From Daphnia carinata (Eukaryota): a stretch of DNA of 64,000 nt. The notes below the pieces were generated by a model. It was not told where the DNA came from and made no database searches. It was given only the letters and a program-made list of their open reading frames with translations. Of the stretch, positions 45,878 through 59,266 are shown in pieces. Made by a program: the position numbers and the translations under genes. Numbering within the stretch: position 1 is the stretch's first letter; the number at the start of each line of letters is the position of its first letter. The DNA is taken from positions 2,480,001 to 2,544,000 of the forward strand of contig NC_081331.1 of assembly GCF_022539665.2 (NCBI RefSeq). Direction: 5' to 3'.

Positions 45878-46510
45878 TAGAGGACCCGAACTGTGCCGTT
45901 TACAGCCGGCCGCCAAGCATCAGACGACTTATTCACAAACGAAAATCAACGTATTTGGGTTCAGGAATGTCATGTTGCCAATTTGACAATATTCAACCTT
46001 GACTGTCATTTGGTTTTCTATGGTTTTCTTTTTTTAAATATGAATAATATGATCGATAATTCAAACGGAAATTAATGCTATCTCAAATTAATCATCTCTA
46101 TCTTTCAACCAACAGATTATTTAGTAATTTCATTTTTGACGGCGATGTCAAATTAGGCCAGGAATTTGTGCAGAAATCCTTCGCGAATGTTCTTTGGAAC
46201 GGCCCAACCCCCTCACGAACCCTTATTTTGGTATTAAAACGCTTTTCTAAATATTTAGAAATCTGATATAATGGTCGGAAAGACGTAAAATATGGGCCAA
46301 AATGGTGTATTTTTGTTCACGAAGATGATAGCAAGCGCGTTTACTATGCCAACAGAAGATCAAATTAATTACTCAGGAAGTTGACAAGAACGAAAGTAGC
46401 CAAACGTTAATTCGCATAGCAGAAGCGTGAATGATTGAAGCCATTGTATTATTAGTTAACGCTCGCCATGGAGTACCAGAACACAAGTATGAAGGAACAC
46501 CATCGCTTCT

Positions 46511-48984
46511 TTATTCACGCATGGCCTCTTGATCAGCTGCACCGCCAGGAGCAGGTGCTGAGCTATCGGCACCCTTCTTCTTTGATCCAGAAACAATGTC
46601 GTCGATGCGCAAGAGAAGAATTGCCGTCTAAAGGGCGAACGTAATAGTAAGATATCTTAAGATCTGTAGTTTTATTACGCACTAACCTCGACGGCAGTCT
46701 TCAGAACTTGAAGTTTCACTGCAAGAGGATCCCAAATACCAAGATCCTTCATATCGGCTAGTTCACCAGTTTCGCCATTGATACCCCAAGTTGTTCCGCC
46801 CGTGGCATGCTTTGCTCGGAGTGCAGTTAGAGTACGAATGACGGTGGCTCCACAGTTTTGGGCCAAAGTTCTAGGAATCACTTCGAGAGCTTGAGCAATC
46901 GCTCGGTAGGGACCCTGAGTCACTCCGGCCAAACTCTTTGCTTTCTCAGCCAGGGCCTTTGAGGTCAAATATCATTGGTTAAATGAATGTAAAAGCAATT
47001 TTAGAAAATGACATACGTAAGCCAAAGCCATTTCAGCAGCACCACCTCCAGGAACAAGTTTGGGCTCCAGTAGAACGTTACGGGTAACGTTCATGGCATC
47101 TTGCAAATTTCGCTCTACCTCATTCAGAACATCTTTGGATGCTCCACGGAGAAGAATCGTGCATGCTTTAGGGTCTTCACATTCAACAACGAAGCAGAAG
47201 TACTCGTCGCCGATCTGTTGACAACAGAATGTTATTGTACAAGTCCCGATTTCCTCGTACAGTTATCTGAACATCACCTTCTTGATTTCAAAGAGACCAG
47301 CCTTTGTGCCAATGTCTTCTTCACGGATTTCATCGGTACGATTGACAATTGTAGCGCCAGAGGCGCGAGCAATACGGTTATTGTCAGACTTTCTCACACG
47401 ACGAATAGCAGTGATACCAGCCTTAAACATAAAATTAAAGAAAATGTAAATACCAAACACGAATCTGAATGATAAAATTTAAACAAAAATAACACCTTGA
47501 CCAGATAATGTTGAGCCAAGTCGGACACACCCTTTTCAGTAAAGACTACGTCAGGCTTGACGCGGATGATATCCTCACATGTTTTTTGGACGTATTCTTC
47601 CTCAAGCTCTAGTATGCGTGTGAAGTCTTCTTCTTTCATTATCTCAATGTTAGTCTGCCAAACAAGAGTTCATAAAATAACGAACATCATTACTATCCGT
47701 CAAGACGCACCTGGCTTTCGCCCTTCTTGTATTCCAAGTTGCAATCTAGCAACAGAATGCGTGGCTTGACGATGTGACGACGCATTTTCGGGTGAGTTAC
47801 ATCTTTGTTCAACATAACACCCCGTAGAACACAAGAATCTTCCATAGTGCCACCAGGAACCTAAATATTTTGAAGTTTCTCTTGAAAACCGTATTTAACT
47901 TTGGTTCAAATCTCACTCACCTTTTCAACTTTAGCGTATCTTTTGATGTCAATTTCACGACGTCCATTTTCGTCGACTACAACTGTGCTTACGGCATCCA
48001 GAGCAATCTGACAAGCTTGTTCCGACCAGCGATTAACAAATTTAGTTCCTAGACATGATTTGATAATGGACAGCAACTGGGAACGATCGTTCACATCCAC
48101 AGGGGTGCTAGATAGAAAAATTTGCAAAATAGGGCACAATAAACATACTACTGTAAGCAGACCTGATTTGGTCCCTAAGAACAGTCACAGCATCTTCTAA
48201 GGCTTGACGATAGGCGGAAATGATCAAAGTTGGATGCATCTGTTGTGTCAAGAAGGGTTCTGAGACAGCCAGAACTTCTCCAGCTAGAATAATAACCGAT
48301 GTAGTACCATCTCCAACCTAGACATAAAATACATTCTGAAGTTTTTTAATTTTACAATTAAAATAGGTGAACATACCTCTTCATCCTGTGTGCGAGAGAT
48401 CTCAATCATAGACTTTGCAGCTGGATGTTGAACAGTGATTTCTCTGAGGATGGCATTTCCATCATTGGTTAAAACAATACCACCCATGGGATCCATCAAC
48501 ATTTTCAACATTGCTCGTGGGCCAAGACATGTTCGAATAACATCAGCTACAGTCTGTTGAATACAGTCATTAAAAATAGATTGATACAGATTTTTGGTTA
48601 TATTTCACTTAACTAAGATAAAAATTGAAAAATAATCCAACAAAAAACCAGAAAATAATCATGCATATTATGTCAAAACATTTAGCTCAACTCCACTTTT
48701 GCTATCAACATCGCTAATTCCCAAAATTAAAAGAGAAAAAGCAAGGAATATTGATTTAACATGATTTTCTCGATAGTTCTATAATCTTTTATGAATTTTG
48801 ACAAGTTCCATGCGGCTTTCAGCTTACCTTGCCGGCTGTGATATTCTCAATCTGAACCTTCTTTCCACTCTCTCTCTTCGTATTCTGACCTATAAAATGA
48901 AATGTGCTGTAAAACAAGTGATCAAACTTTGATTAAACTTCTGCAATTGCAGTACTTACTAAGAACGATGATCGGGCCGGACAT
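46511..48984 (-). CDS. CCT3: T-complex protein 1 subunit gamma
   Basis: MLKMLMDPMGGIVLTNDGNAILREI, EIDIKRYAKVEKVPGG, EEDFTRILELEEEY, RRVRKSDNNRIARA, LRIDDIVSG. Confidence 0.97.
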
Positions 48985-49562
48985 TTCAATAGTTTCGTGA
49001 CACACGCTCTGAAAAGTCGAAGTCACGTTGGGCTCTAACAATTCTCCTTCTTCTGTAACAGCGTTGCCGAAAAAATTTTTCACGTTCCGCCATCATTAAA
49101 ATTTAATCATTTATATTCATCAGTTCACCTCCAGGACGTGTATTTCTTACATTTCCAGCGTAAAAAGCAATTTAAAAAATATTAACTAAGACTTACGATG
49201 AACTGCTGCATTACCCATAAAATTTAACTGAGCTTTTTTGATTAATTTCGACTATCACATTTTCTCTACTCCATAAAGAAACAAGAAAAAATGGGTGGAG
49301 TATTGTGTGTCTGCTACTTTGTGCGCATGCTGTGATTGGCGGGCAAGGATACTACCTAAAAGAGGGCTCAAACCTTAGGGGGCTGGAGTGAATCAGCGGA
49401 ATGAGGATTTTGGAGAACTAGAATGTGTATGGAAGTGTGGATATTAGCAATTTTTCACTCCACGGGCATTGCTTTAAAAGGGTGGGCGACTGCAGATGAG
49501 CAGACGGGAAGGGACAGCGGATGCGTTAAATAGCCAAATTTAAAAAATACTTAAATAATATA

Positions 49563-49630
49563 ACAATAAAAATTCGAACCCATGAAATCAGCATGGCAGC
49601 CGCGCTCTATACCACAGCGCCATAGTTCAC
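49563..49630 (-). pseudogene. Degenerate tRNA-like sequence (Gly-GCC-like; possible SINE head)
   Basis: Minus strand TGGCGCTGTGG (A box)...GGCTGCCATGC...GGGTTCGAAT (B box); stems poorly paired. Confidence 0.4.
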
Positions 49631-49698
49631 TTACTCTTAATATGTACATAAGCTGCCTATATGAATGGGTGACACTCAAAGCAAATTTGGTTGGGATG

Positions 49699-49771
49699 TG
49701 CGGTCCTGGCACAGTGGTTATCACCCACGCTTTGTATTCTGTAGTCCCGGGTTCAAATCCCGCAACCGCCA
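49699..49771 (+). pseudogene. Degenerate tRNA-like sequence (possible tRNA-derived SINE head)
   Basis: A box TGGCACAGTGG; T-arm CGGG-TTCAAAT-CCCG; partial acceptor stem GCGGT/ACCGC. D and anticodon stems are broken. Confidence 0.55.
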
Positions 49772-50491
49772 ATTTCGAAGCAACCGCATTCCCGCAACCG
49801 CCCTTCCTTCCCTCCATGCCCTCCTCCCACGAGAAACCTTCAAGAAAGAAGAAAGAAGAGCCATGCCTACTATAAAGGGGCTAAATGACACTACACTAAA
49901 ATAACACACACACTTGACACGTATACAGACCACATCGATCTGTAGTACCATTCACTACATGCTGAAGATCGACCCACAAACTGAAGGTAGAGAAAAGGTG
50001 ATCGGAACTCGTAGGCTGTTCGTAAGACTCCCCATGGCCACTAGGTTCATGGATGCAGGCAGCTAATCATCGGGCTAAGTGACCCTCTTCGATACCCGTA
50101 AGTTTTTGTTGGTTCTTACTGTGTCTAGGGGGCTAGTACGGCTTGCAGTTTCTTACACATATGCCATTATGTGTAGTTCTTTGTAGTAATCACGGAAGTT
50201 ATCTTTCGGCTCAAACATGAGCCCGGTGTAGTATCACGTGTACTGCTGGCCACACCATGTCGCTGTTCCACCCCAGCGATGCAGCCTTCGGATATAACCC
50301 TATATAGCACTGCTTCCGACTTGCAGCTGTTTAATCTTATTTATGAATCAAGCACAGTCCTGTGACCAAATAGAAAATATAGGTTTAATAAGTATTATAA
50401 GCCAATTACAATGAGTTCTGATATCAAGGAATATGACCACACATTTACAGCTTCTGTTTAATACACTACCGCAAAGGCGATTCCATCCTGA

Positions 50492-50524
50492 TAACTGGAT
50501 TAGGTGTAATGTTGCGTATAAATA
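50492..50524 (+). promoter_or_regulatory. Opsin core promoter: RCSI/P3-like homeodomain site plus TATA box
   Basis: TAACTGGATTA (50492-50502; reverse TAATCCAGTTA) followed by TATAAATA (50517-50524); probable 5'UTR intron 50591-50658. Confidence 0.6.
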
Positions 50525-50754
50525 GAGTATGTCTGATGCAGATTGATTTGCAATTGGCTGAAGGCACTTCAGCGGTCGACACAGATCCAGGTATTCCTAG
50601 TTGAATATTTGTAGGTCTATTCTATTAAAAGAATTATATTAAACCATTTTGTTTTCAGTGAGGAGCGGCTAATTCAGCTGGCCTCTGCAAAGATTTACTT
50701 AGACCTACTTGAAAATCTGTTTTCGAACACATCTCTTAATTTTCCAAACTAACT

Positions 50755-52367
50755 ATGGCCCTAAACAGCACGCTTACTGCTTCTTTTGATGCATTTCGGT
50801 TTGTTTAAAAAAGTTTCCGATCAAATTACAACTTTCACAATAGCAAATATTGCAGTTCCCAACGTTAAATTTTTTCTACAGGTCAGACCGGCGTATGATG
50901 GGATGGAATACACCCGAAGACTACATGTCCTACGTTCATCCGTAATTACAAAATGTTTCAATTACCCACTACATCACATGAAAAATTACCTGAGTCATGC
51001 GATCGCAATTTCAGGTATTGGAAGACGTTCGAAGCCCCTAACCCATTTCTTCACTACACTTTGGGTTTCTTCTACATCATCTTCATGTTCTGTGCTTTGA
51101 TGGGAAACGGTGTTGTTATCTGGATCTTTACAAGGTAATCCATAAGCTCTTGATACAACTGTTGAGTATCGGAGAATGGCCTAATATTTTCTTTTTCATC
51201 AGCTGCAAGAGTTTACGGACGCCATCCAACATGCTAGTCGTAAATTTAGCCATTCTGGATTTTATCATGATGTTGAAAACTCCCATTTTCATCATGAATT
51301 CCTACAACGAAGGCCCAATTTGGGGAAAGCTGGGTTGCGACATCTTTGCTCTGTTGGGAAGTTATAACGGAATTGGATCGGCAATGAACAACGCCGCTAT
51401 TGCCTACGATCGCCATCGGTAGGTTGTAAAAAAAAAGCAGCAAATTAAATTACAAAGCTTTCAATTATTTAAAAATTCAGTACCATAGCTCGTCCATTGG
51501 ATGGCAAACTGACTCGCAAGCAAGTGACATTGATGATTGTCGCTATCTGGGCCTGGGCAACACCCTTTTCCGTTATGCCATTTTTGGGCATCTGGGGAAG
51601 ATTTGTTCCAGGTAAGCTAGAACTGAACACAATAAAAGAAATCCGACTTTGCATTAATACTACTTTTCACATGGGCAGAGGGATTCCTTACGACTTGTAC
51701 CTTCGATTACATGACGGAGGATTCTTCGACCAAGTTTTTCGTCGGCACCATCTTCTTCTACTCTTACATCATTCCTCTAGCATTGCTCATTTTTTACTAC
51801 TCAAAAATTGTGCAATCTGTCGGCGATCACGAAAAGACTCTTCGCGATCAAGCCAAGAAAATGAATGTTACTTCGTTGCGCAGCAACCGCGACCAGAATG
51901 AGAAATCCGCTGAAGTCCGCATTGCCAAAGTTGCCATTGCATTGGCCACATTGTTCGTTGTCGCTTGGACTCCTTACGCCTTCGTGGCACTCACAGCTGC
52001 GTTTGGAAACAGGTGAGATAGCCTTTCGATAACATCTAAATGTTCACTTCCCATGAAATATTTATTCTCTTCACAGGAGCGTCTTGACGCCTCTCATGTC
52101 CATGATACCGGCCTGCTGCTGCAAAGGAGTAGCTTGCATCAACCCGTGGATGTATGCAATTAATCATCCTCGTTATCGGTAAAAAACCTGTTTAAAAAAA
52201 AAACGTTAAGCAAGCACATTACATTTTTATCTTCTCTTATTCCAAGTATGGAGCTGCAAAAGAAAATGCCCTGGTTCTGTGTTCACGAACCGGCTCCTAC
52301 TGACGATTTAAGCCTTGGCTCGGCTACTACGGAGATGTCAGGTGTCGTCAAGGAAACCTCATCGTAA
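50755..52367 (+). CDS. Short-wavelength rhabdomeric opsin, UV type, 8 coding exons
   Basis: [54 protein letters not shown], retinal-binding Lys in [23 protein letters not shown]. Intact frame to TAA. Confidence 0.95.
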
Positions 52368-52810
52368 AACCTGCAACATTTTCAACAATTTGACATGGAG
52401 CGAAACTGGATTATGAAACGATTATGCACTCATCTTAGTAAGACAGAACATAGTTAACATCAATAGTTGAATGAATAGCCCACTTTATATATTGGTTGAA
52501 ATACGAATAAACAAACCCAGCATAACAAATAAATGAATCACCATGATACGATTTCGTCAACGATTGAGCGACCTCTATGCAAAAGCCTCTAAAAATGAAA
52601 TGATTGAAAAAGACAAAAAAAAACCTTGGAATTAACTTCAACAATAGCTTGTTCCTTACCGCCATCAATCTCAAACTCTATTTACGGACGCGAGCTTGAC
52701 TTATGGCCCAAAGAAATGACTTATGTTATAGCTCAAATTACAAAAGAGGGATCACCGCCCGATAATATCCAGCAATAATTTTGCTTTGGCTTTATCGTTT
52801 GTCAGAGAAA

Positions 52811-54176
52811 CTATACAGGCGGAGCGTTTTCATGTTTGGCCAAAATTTTGATGTAATTCGCAGGTATGAGGCCAGTGTGTTGTGCATCAGTACCAGCCAA
52901 CATCCATCCTTTGATACGTGGTTGAAGTGCACGAGGAGCTAACCGAAGGGTCTCGCCAGCTCTGAAACTGAGTTCTTGGTCGTTTCCGGCATTGAAATCG
53001 TAGTCTGCCACTGCAGTATAATGTTCTCCTAGACCGTCTGCCCACTTTTTGCCTAAAGAAATGAAAACAACGATCTTAGTGGATGAATCCTCATGCAGCA
53101 AACAACGTAGGTATAAGCCAACCGAGTCCTTCAGGTTGGTTGTCAAGAGAAGAAATAATCCTCCAAATAAAATATGGGGCAGAAACTATGATGGCAAGGA
53201 ATAATGTGATAGGCCACGATGATTTCGATTTTTTAATATCAGCTTCTGTCAACAGACCCGCAGATAAGGTATCTGAACTGGATATGGCAGAAGACCATGC
53301 AGTATTAATCGGATTATCACGTCTTAAACCTGTAGATAGGGATTTGTAAGAATAATTAATACATAAAACCGACATATGTTATACAACCGACGCACCAAAC
53401 ATATAAAATAATTTGTGAAGGGCCCACTTGGCCGTCCGGAAAATTGCCAAAGCAGAAAATACTTTGCTTAGATGGGTTCGCATACGTGAAAATTGATCTG
53501 CCATTCCTAATACTGCTCTAAATGAGCTGTAAACTGCATTGAGGGTAGAATCCAGCATCATACTGATAGAGCTAAAGGCATGAACAATTGATTCCAAGCT
53601 TTGAAATGCAGGTTGAGAACTCTCTTCTGCCATGGAAATAAACCTTTTTCAGGCAATTAAGAGAATAAATATAAATTTAAAGATTTTTTAAATATTGTAA
53701 CTTCCGTGTGAGTAGTTACCTGTTGTCACTCATCCCTCCATATGATCTCCCGTAAGAGCTGTAGCCCCCATATCCTCCATAACTGGTGCCATATCCTCCA
53801 TAACCAGTGCCATAGCTACTCGTAAGGCCTGAATAACCTCCATACCCACTGCTGTAACCATATGGGCTTGAATAACTTGAAATGCCTGTTCGATAAGGTG
53901 AGTAGCTATTAGTTGCTCCATATTCATTTGTTGTAAGATTGGCTCCAGGTACTCTAGGTGGTAAAGGAGGAACGCTAGGCCCCGTGTTTGCCAGCGCACT
54001 TCCTCCACCTCCACTGCAAGTTCAAAACAGAGGTGTTTGAAAAAAGAATTAGAAAAACGATAAAGAATTGTTACGACGCACCTCATGACGGGTGCTGGCA
54101 AGGGATTTCCGATATCCCCAGAAAAAGCCCTCGAATTAACACCAGCTCTTTCCCATGGTTTTAAAGGAGCTGCCAT
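52811..54176 (-). CDS. PEX13: Peroxisomal membrane protein PEX13, 5 exons
   Basis: N-terminal KPWE, G/Y-rich exon, AEESSQPAFQSLESIVHAFSSISMMLDST, SSWPITLFLAII, C-terminal SH3 (ADYDF..ELSF..GW..GLIPANY). Confidence 0.95.
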
Positions 54177-57100
54177 GTTTTGACGATTTTACAAATCGGA
54201 AAAACTAAGACAATTTACCTTTACTCCCAAATAGAGGACTGATACGGGTTTTTGTCAACAACAAGACACCATTACAAAGGTACAAATTCCCTGATAAAAA
54301 ATGAAGCTGGTTTACGCCGATAGATGGCACATTGAATCGTCAAAATTCATTCTAGACAACAGCAGTTATTTTCATCGAAGTGCCTGCAAGGACGAAAAAG
54401 GGGAAATCTTTGAAAACTATGAATTATTTACTCCACGTCCCAATTCAGTTCCATTTTTCGATGTTAGATTTTAACAAATATAAGAAAATTCACGATAATT
54501 TTACAGGATTTCTCTTCCATTCATACTTCATTCGAACCACATTTTCGACAATGAACTCTGATTGAAGAATGAATTGCATGGCGTTAAAAGAGCTTGGGAA
54601 CCACTCTACATAATATAAACATGTCATGAAAAAAGTGAAGTAGGCCGTACCACCAGCTTGTTCATATAGGAACATGGAGAAAAAGGTCCTTAGAATCACG
54701 CTAGCAAGCAATCACTCGTCTGAGATTGAATTTCTATTCGTTGTCGTGCTCAGCCAATTATCTGAGCTGCCTATATGGAAGGGCGACGAGGAGAGATGGA
54801 ATGGCCTCCGTAGTGCCTACACCGTGAGTTGGCGCTGTGTTATATGTATAATTTGTCTGAGTGCGGTCGTGAAGCGTGCGTGATTCTGATGTGTATTCAA
54901 CCACCGGTTTTCCATCCAACCACCGTCGACTGCCAATAGCTTCCACGGACGTTTATGGCAGCGTAATAAAAGAACTCCGTGCTGAATAGATGCTCTTTAA
55001 ACATCCTCTGAATAGATGGGCAGTCATTTCATAACAAACCCATCAAATCTGGGTTCGACAAGACTTACGAATAAACAGGGAAAAGGTTAAAGGGTTTTAA
55101 CCGATTGAGGGCGTGATAAATTCATCCTTCGTTTAGCACGAAAGAGTAAAAAATTTCGCAATAAAAATATGTAAAATACATGTGAGACACGTCATCAGGT
55201 AAAAGTGAAAAGGCCATAGTACCTATTTTAGAATTAATATTCACTTCACTGGAGTGTCAATGACGTAAAGCGTCAAATCACCGAAGGCAAAACGTGTGGA
55301 ATTTCGTCGAACTTTTCAGAGTCATCCATTAACATGGCAAAGTGGAATCAACAGTGGAACCTGAAAATGAGTACACGGGTCTTCAGTGTTTACACCTGCG
55401 TTGTAATTATGCTTGTTCACATGAACGACGAACTAAAATAACAGGCCATATGATGTCAAACACTGTCACTGTTTCGCTGATGATTGAGCAACAACAAGTT
55501 AATTGAACAACTGGATAGTGCTGCATTGCCAGAATAAAAATAGCCTTTTACACCTGACATTGTCATTTAATGCTCTGTTGCCATAAAATTACTATTTCCA
55601 GTCTACCACAGATTTTATTCTGCCAAAAGACAAAAACTATTGCAAAGATATCCAGACACATATAGGAAATGCCTAATATGTGGGTAAAAAGCATGGAAAA
55701 AGTTTCATTAACAATCTTCCAATATCTATTACATATCAGTAAGGCGTTGATGGGCTCGATTCTACATCATCTCGACGGAATGATGGTATAGCCTTGTATA
55801 TTTCCGTCAGACACCTTTTATTCTCTCGTTTCTTTTTTTTTGTGTTGATAAGATTGATTTTTTGGAGAGTATTATAGCGGTGGTGGTGATATATAGATAT
55901 CGTCGGCGACGTCTGTGGTGGGCGGCGATGGGTTCATTAGATCGGAGATGAACAACGTGACGTATCGGAGAAGTAGATCCGTCTATAACAATTCAATGAA
56001 CGGAAAAAGTATAAAAAGAGGGAGGCAAAATAAGCGAATAGCGTGCCGAGCCGGAGTAGTAGGAAAAAAAGGGAGCGACTTTTTTGCCACGTAAGATGGT
56101 TGTGATTAGTCGTGTTGAAGTGTGAGGGGAAAAAAGAGGAGAGAGCCAAGTCTTTGATGATGAACCTAACACGAGAGCAAAGTAGGCCTCGCGTCTAACA
56201 CGGAGGGTGTGAAAAATGGCTGATTGAAGAGCTCGAGTTCTCATTTCTCTGGCTGGCTGGCATTATGACTGCCATACTCGCAATCCGTGCTGCCGTAAAA
56301 TAGGAACGAAAGGGGAGGACGTGCAATGAAAAGAAAAATCCATCCTGCTCCCCACTTCCCCATATACTTGAAAAAATTCATGTAGGAAAAGTGGGTCTGA
56401 CTTTTCGAAGGCAAGAAGAACATAATAGACATGTGGATGGTAATACATCAAGATGAAGTCACTACTAGTGCTACTATACTATATCAACTGTCTCTATCGT
56501 CAAGCTAGATATTTAAAAGTACCAGGCAGCCATAACGAAAAAAACAAACTATTAGCTTTCGTGCAAGTACATCGCGTTAGAACGTGTGTGAGCCTCTTGG
56601 CTTCTCTTTTGTTAACTAAAAAAAAAAAAATTCTTAGGATAGATACAAGTGTAGAAGACAGCATTAGTCGTCACGACCTGAGCTAATATGCCGGAGCATA
56701 TCCATCAGCCTCTCGCGCGGCACTGGATGTCTCTAGCTGCTGTTGCCTGCCTCTTGAAACCCGACAACGACCTATTATTTATGTATGCAAATGTGTGTTT
56801 TTTTTTTCTCGTCCTTCTAACATTTTCAGGAGCAACAACCCACTTATTAAAATTGACCTCGTTGAATAGTCAACGTATTCACATTTAGTTAGCTTATAAT
56901 GAGGCCCGTGATATTCTTGCATGTTCATGTCGGGCAGAGTGTTATGTGATGTATAACGTATAGCTACTGTAGTCCAACGTCTTTGGTCCTAATTACACAT
57001 ATAATGGGACAAGAAATAAACGCCCCTAATACTGCCAATTATTTGGCATAAATCATTTTCTATATATTTAATATCCCCACGTTTTGTTTTGATAGGTTCT

Positions 57101-58070
57101 CATCAATCGGCTGAATCACTACCTGTTCTAACACATGGAGAGAGAGGGTAGCTTTGAAACGATTATATTATAGACCAAACAAGGGTGATACAATCGCTAG
57201 GAACGAAAAGATTTCGACCAATTTTTATAATAAGAGATTATTTTTTCAAAGAAAAATAAAAACAAAACAAACAATACGCAAAAATAAAACGGAAATGAAG
57301 TACCAATGAAAAAAGAAAAACAATTGGAGAAACATGTACACGTATATCATATGTGAGAATATTAAAGAAACAATTTCTTAATCTAAATCCTTCACACTTT
57401 CAGTTCACTTATACAATCATGGAGAAACATTGAGAACAGAAAATGTTTGGATATGGATTTTGATGGGGAACGCAGTCATCAAAACATCAAACTTCATTTT
57501 CTCATATTTACTGTACGAATGCTGGATGATGAACACCTCAAAAATATATGGAAAACAAAAGTGTGTGGGCTTTGGCATTTTTTGGAGTCATTCGACAGAG
57601 GGATTTTATAGCCGAAATACTGGGACAATAAAAAGGGCAGACTATGAAAAGAGAAAATGATCAATCACTGAATACGTGGGGGGAATGAAACGATTCGTTG
57701 CATTTTGCGAGTTCGTCGTTTTTCTCTTTTTTACAAATAAATGAGACACTGCCACAATGGAAGTGAAAATAAATTATCATGAAACTATTTTATATACGAC
57801 AAAGTATATATATATATACGTAATGTCGGGATATCTCAATAACACGGCACAACCATCAAAACAAAATAAGAAACTTTTTACGACATTCAACTTTTTTTTT
57901 TCTTTCCTGAAATCGACATGGAACGATGAAAAGGAATAGACAAGAGGGGCAACCACTTTTCTCTTTTTGGATCGTTTCTTTTTAGCTGTCACTTTCTTTT
58001 TGCCTCTTGGCCTCTACCCAAAAAGGCCTATATTTGTATTTACAAAAAGCTAACTTAAAAATGCGGCCGG

Positions 58071-58094
58071 TATACATATATATATATATATATA
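58071..58094. repeat. (TA)n microsatellite downstream of the Vsx stop
   Basis: Directly visible TATACATATATATATATATATATA-type run. Confidence 0.85.
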
Positions 58095-58465
58095 TCTGAA
58101 AATATGAATATTTTTCTAGTTAGGGTTGGAGAGGGATCCCCTGCCGAATATTCCTGCCACGTTATGTAGTGGAATATCCAAACGAGAAAAATATTTTCTA
58201 TATAAAAAGATAGAGGGAGATGTTCTACATATAAGAATGTCAAGAAGCTGCACGTAGGAAAAAGAATGCCCTGTTTTTCTTTGTTCGATAAAGACGAATT
58301 GATTTTGTAGCTCTGTAACAAATGGCATGGAAATAACTGTGTCCTGTAGAAATATTGTTTTGACTTGAACGCTCAAAAAGTGGGACTTTTTCTATGTTGG
58401 CTATAACAATTTTTTTAGAGTATTCCTTGGTTATGTCGGCAAGATTTAAAAAAAAAACGTTGACT

Positions 58466-59266
58466 TTAAAATGAGGAAGAAGAAGAATCTGAAGAAATGA
58501 GAAACTCTCCATCGCGTTGCTGTTGTTGTTGTTGCTGTAAATGCAACTGTTGTTGGTGATGGTGGCTAACAGAAAATCCACCAGCGATGCGAGCTTGATG
58601 TTCAGCCGCTTTTGCTCTTAATTCAGCAACGCTGTTCATTCGGAAATCATCAACCGGTGAACGGGCGTGATGAAGTTGAGCTGCCGCATAGCTGGCCATA
58701 TAAGTACTGGCTTCGTTGGACGTCGGTGGATGCAAATGAGACAAATGTCCGTGTTGATGTTGGCCGGTTGTTTGAATACCTACCGGAGAATGTTTACTGG
58801 TGTGTTTATTGCCGTTAGGTTCTCTATTAGTTTTATCCGGCTGTTCGTCGCCACTCGAATGATCACGTCCATCGTTCGGCCCAGTCCCCGAGTCTCTCGT
58901 CCGTTCACCATGTCCTCCACCACCATTTTCTTCGTCATCTTCTTTATTGCTTTCGTCACCACTAGTCAACTGATGCGCCGCTTCTAGTGATTTTCGATGC
59001 ATACCTTTTAATCGGAATTAACGGGTCATTAGCATATCGGTTTGTAGGGAATAATTGCGTGAAATTTAATTTAAATGGGGAAAAAACGTACCGAGTAGCC
59101 AGGGAGCGACGCATTCATTTTCTTTGGCTGATTTGACGATCGTATCTGGTAAAGGAAGCGAATGACGTACCATAGCGCCGTACAGGCCGTATTCGGCCAT
59201 GATGGTCGACCGGCCCCAACATTTTTCCGTTTTACGCCATTTAGCCCGTCGGTTTTGAAACCACAC
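58466..59266 (-). CDS. Vsx: Visual system homeobox (Vsx/Chx10), last two coding exons; the rest of the homeodomain lies right of the window
   Basis: Exon 59266-59092: [12 protein letters not shown] (Q50) plus the CVC domain ([31 protein letters not shown]). Exon 59004-58466: [12 protein letters not shown] motif [13 protein letters not shown], poly-Q. Confidence 0.95.

Noticed and set aside
48556..48827. Long CCT3 intron with an 8-bp inverted repeat (TGTCAAAA 48671 / TTTTGACA 48796) as a possible snoRNA
   Set aside because: No convincing C/D boxes or two-hairpin H/ACA fold by eye; needs an Infernal/Rfam scan.
54490..55360. Short minus-strand ORFs and splice-like sites upstream of PEX13
   Set aside because: No consistent reading frame or recognisable domain.
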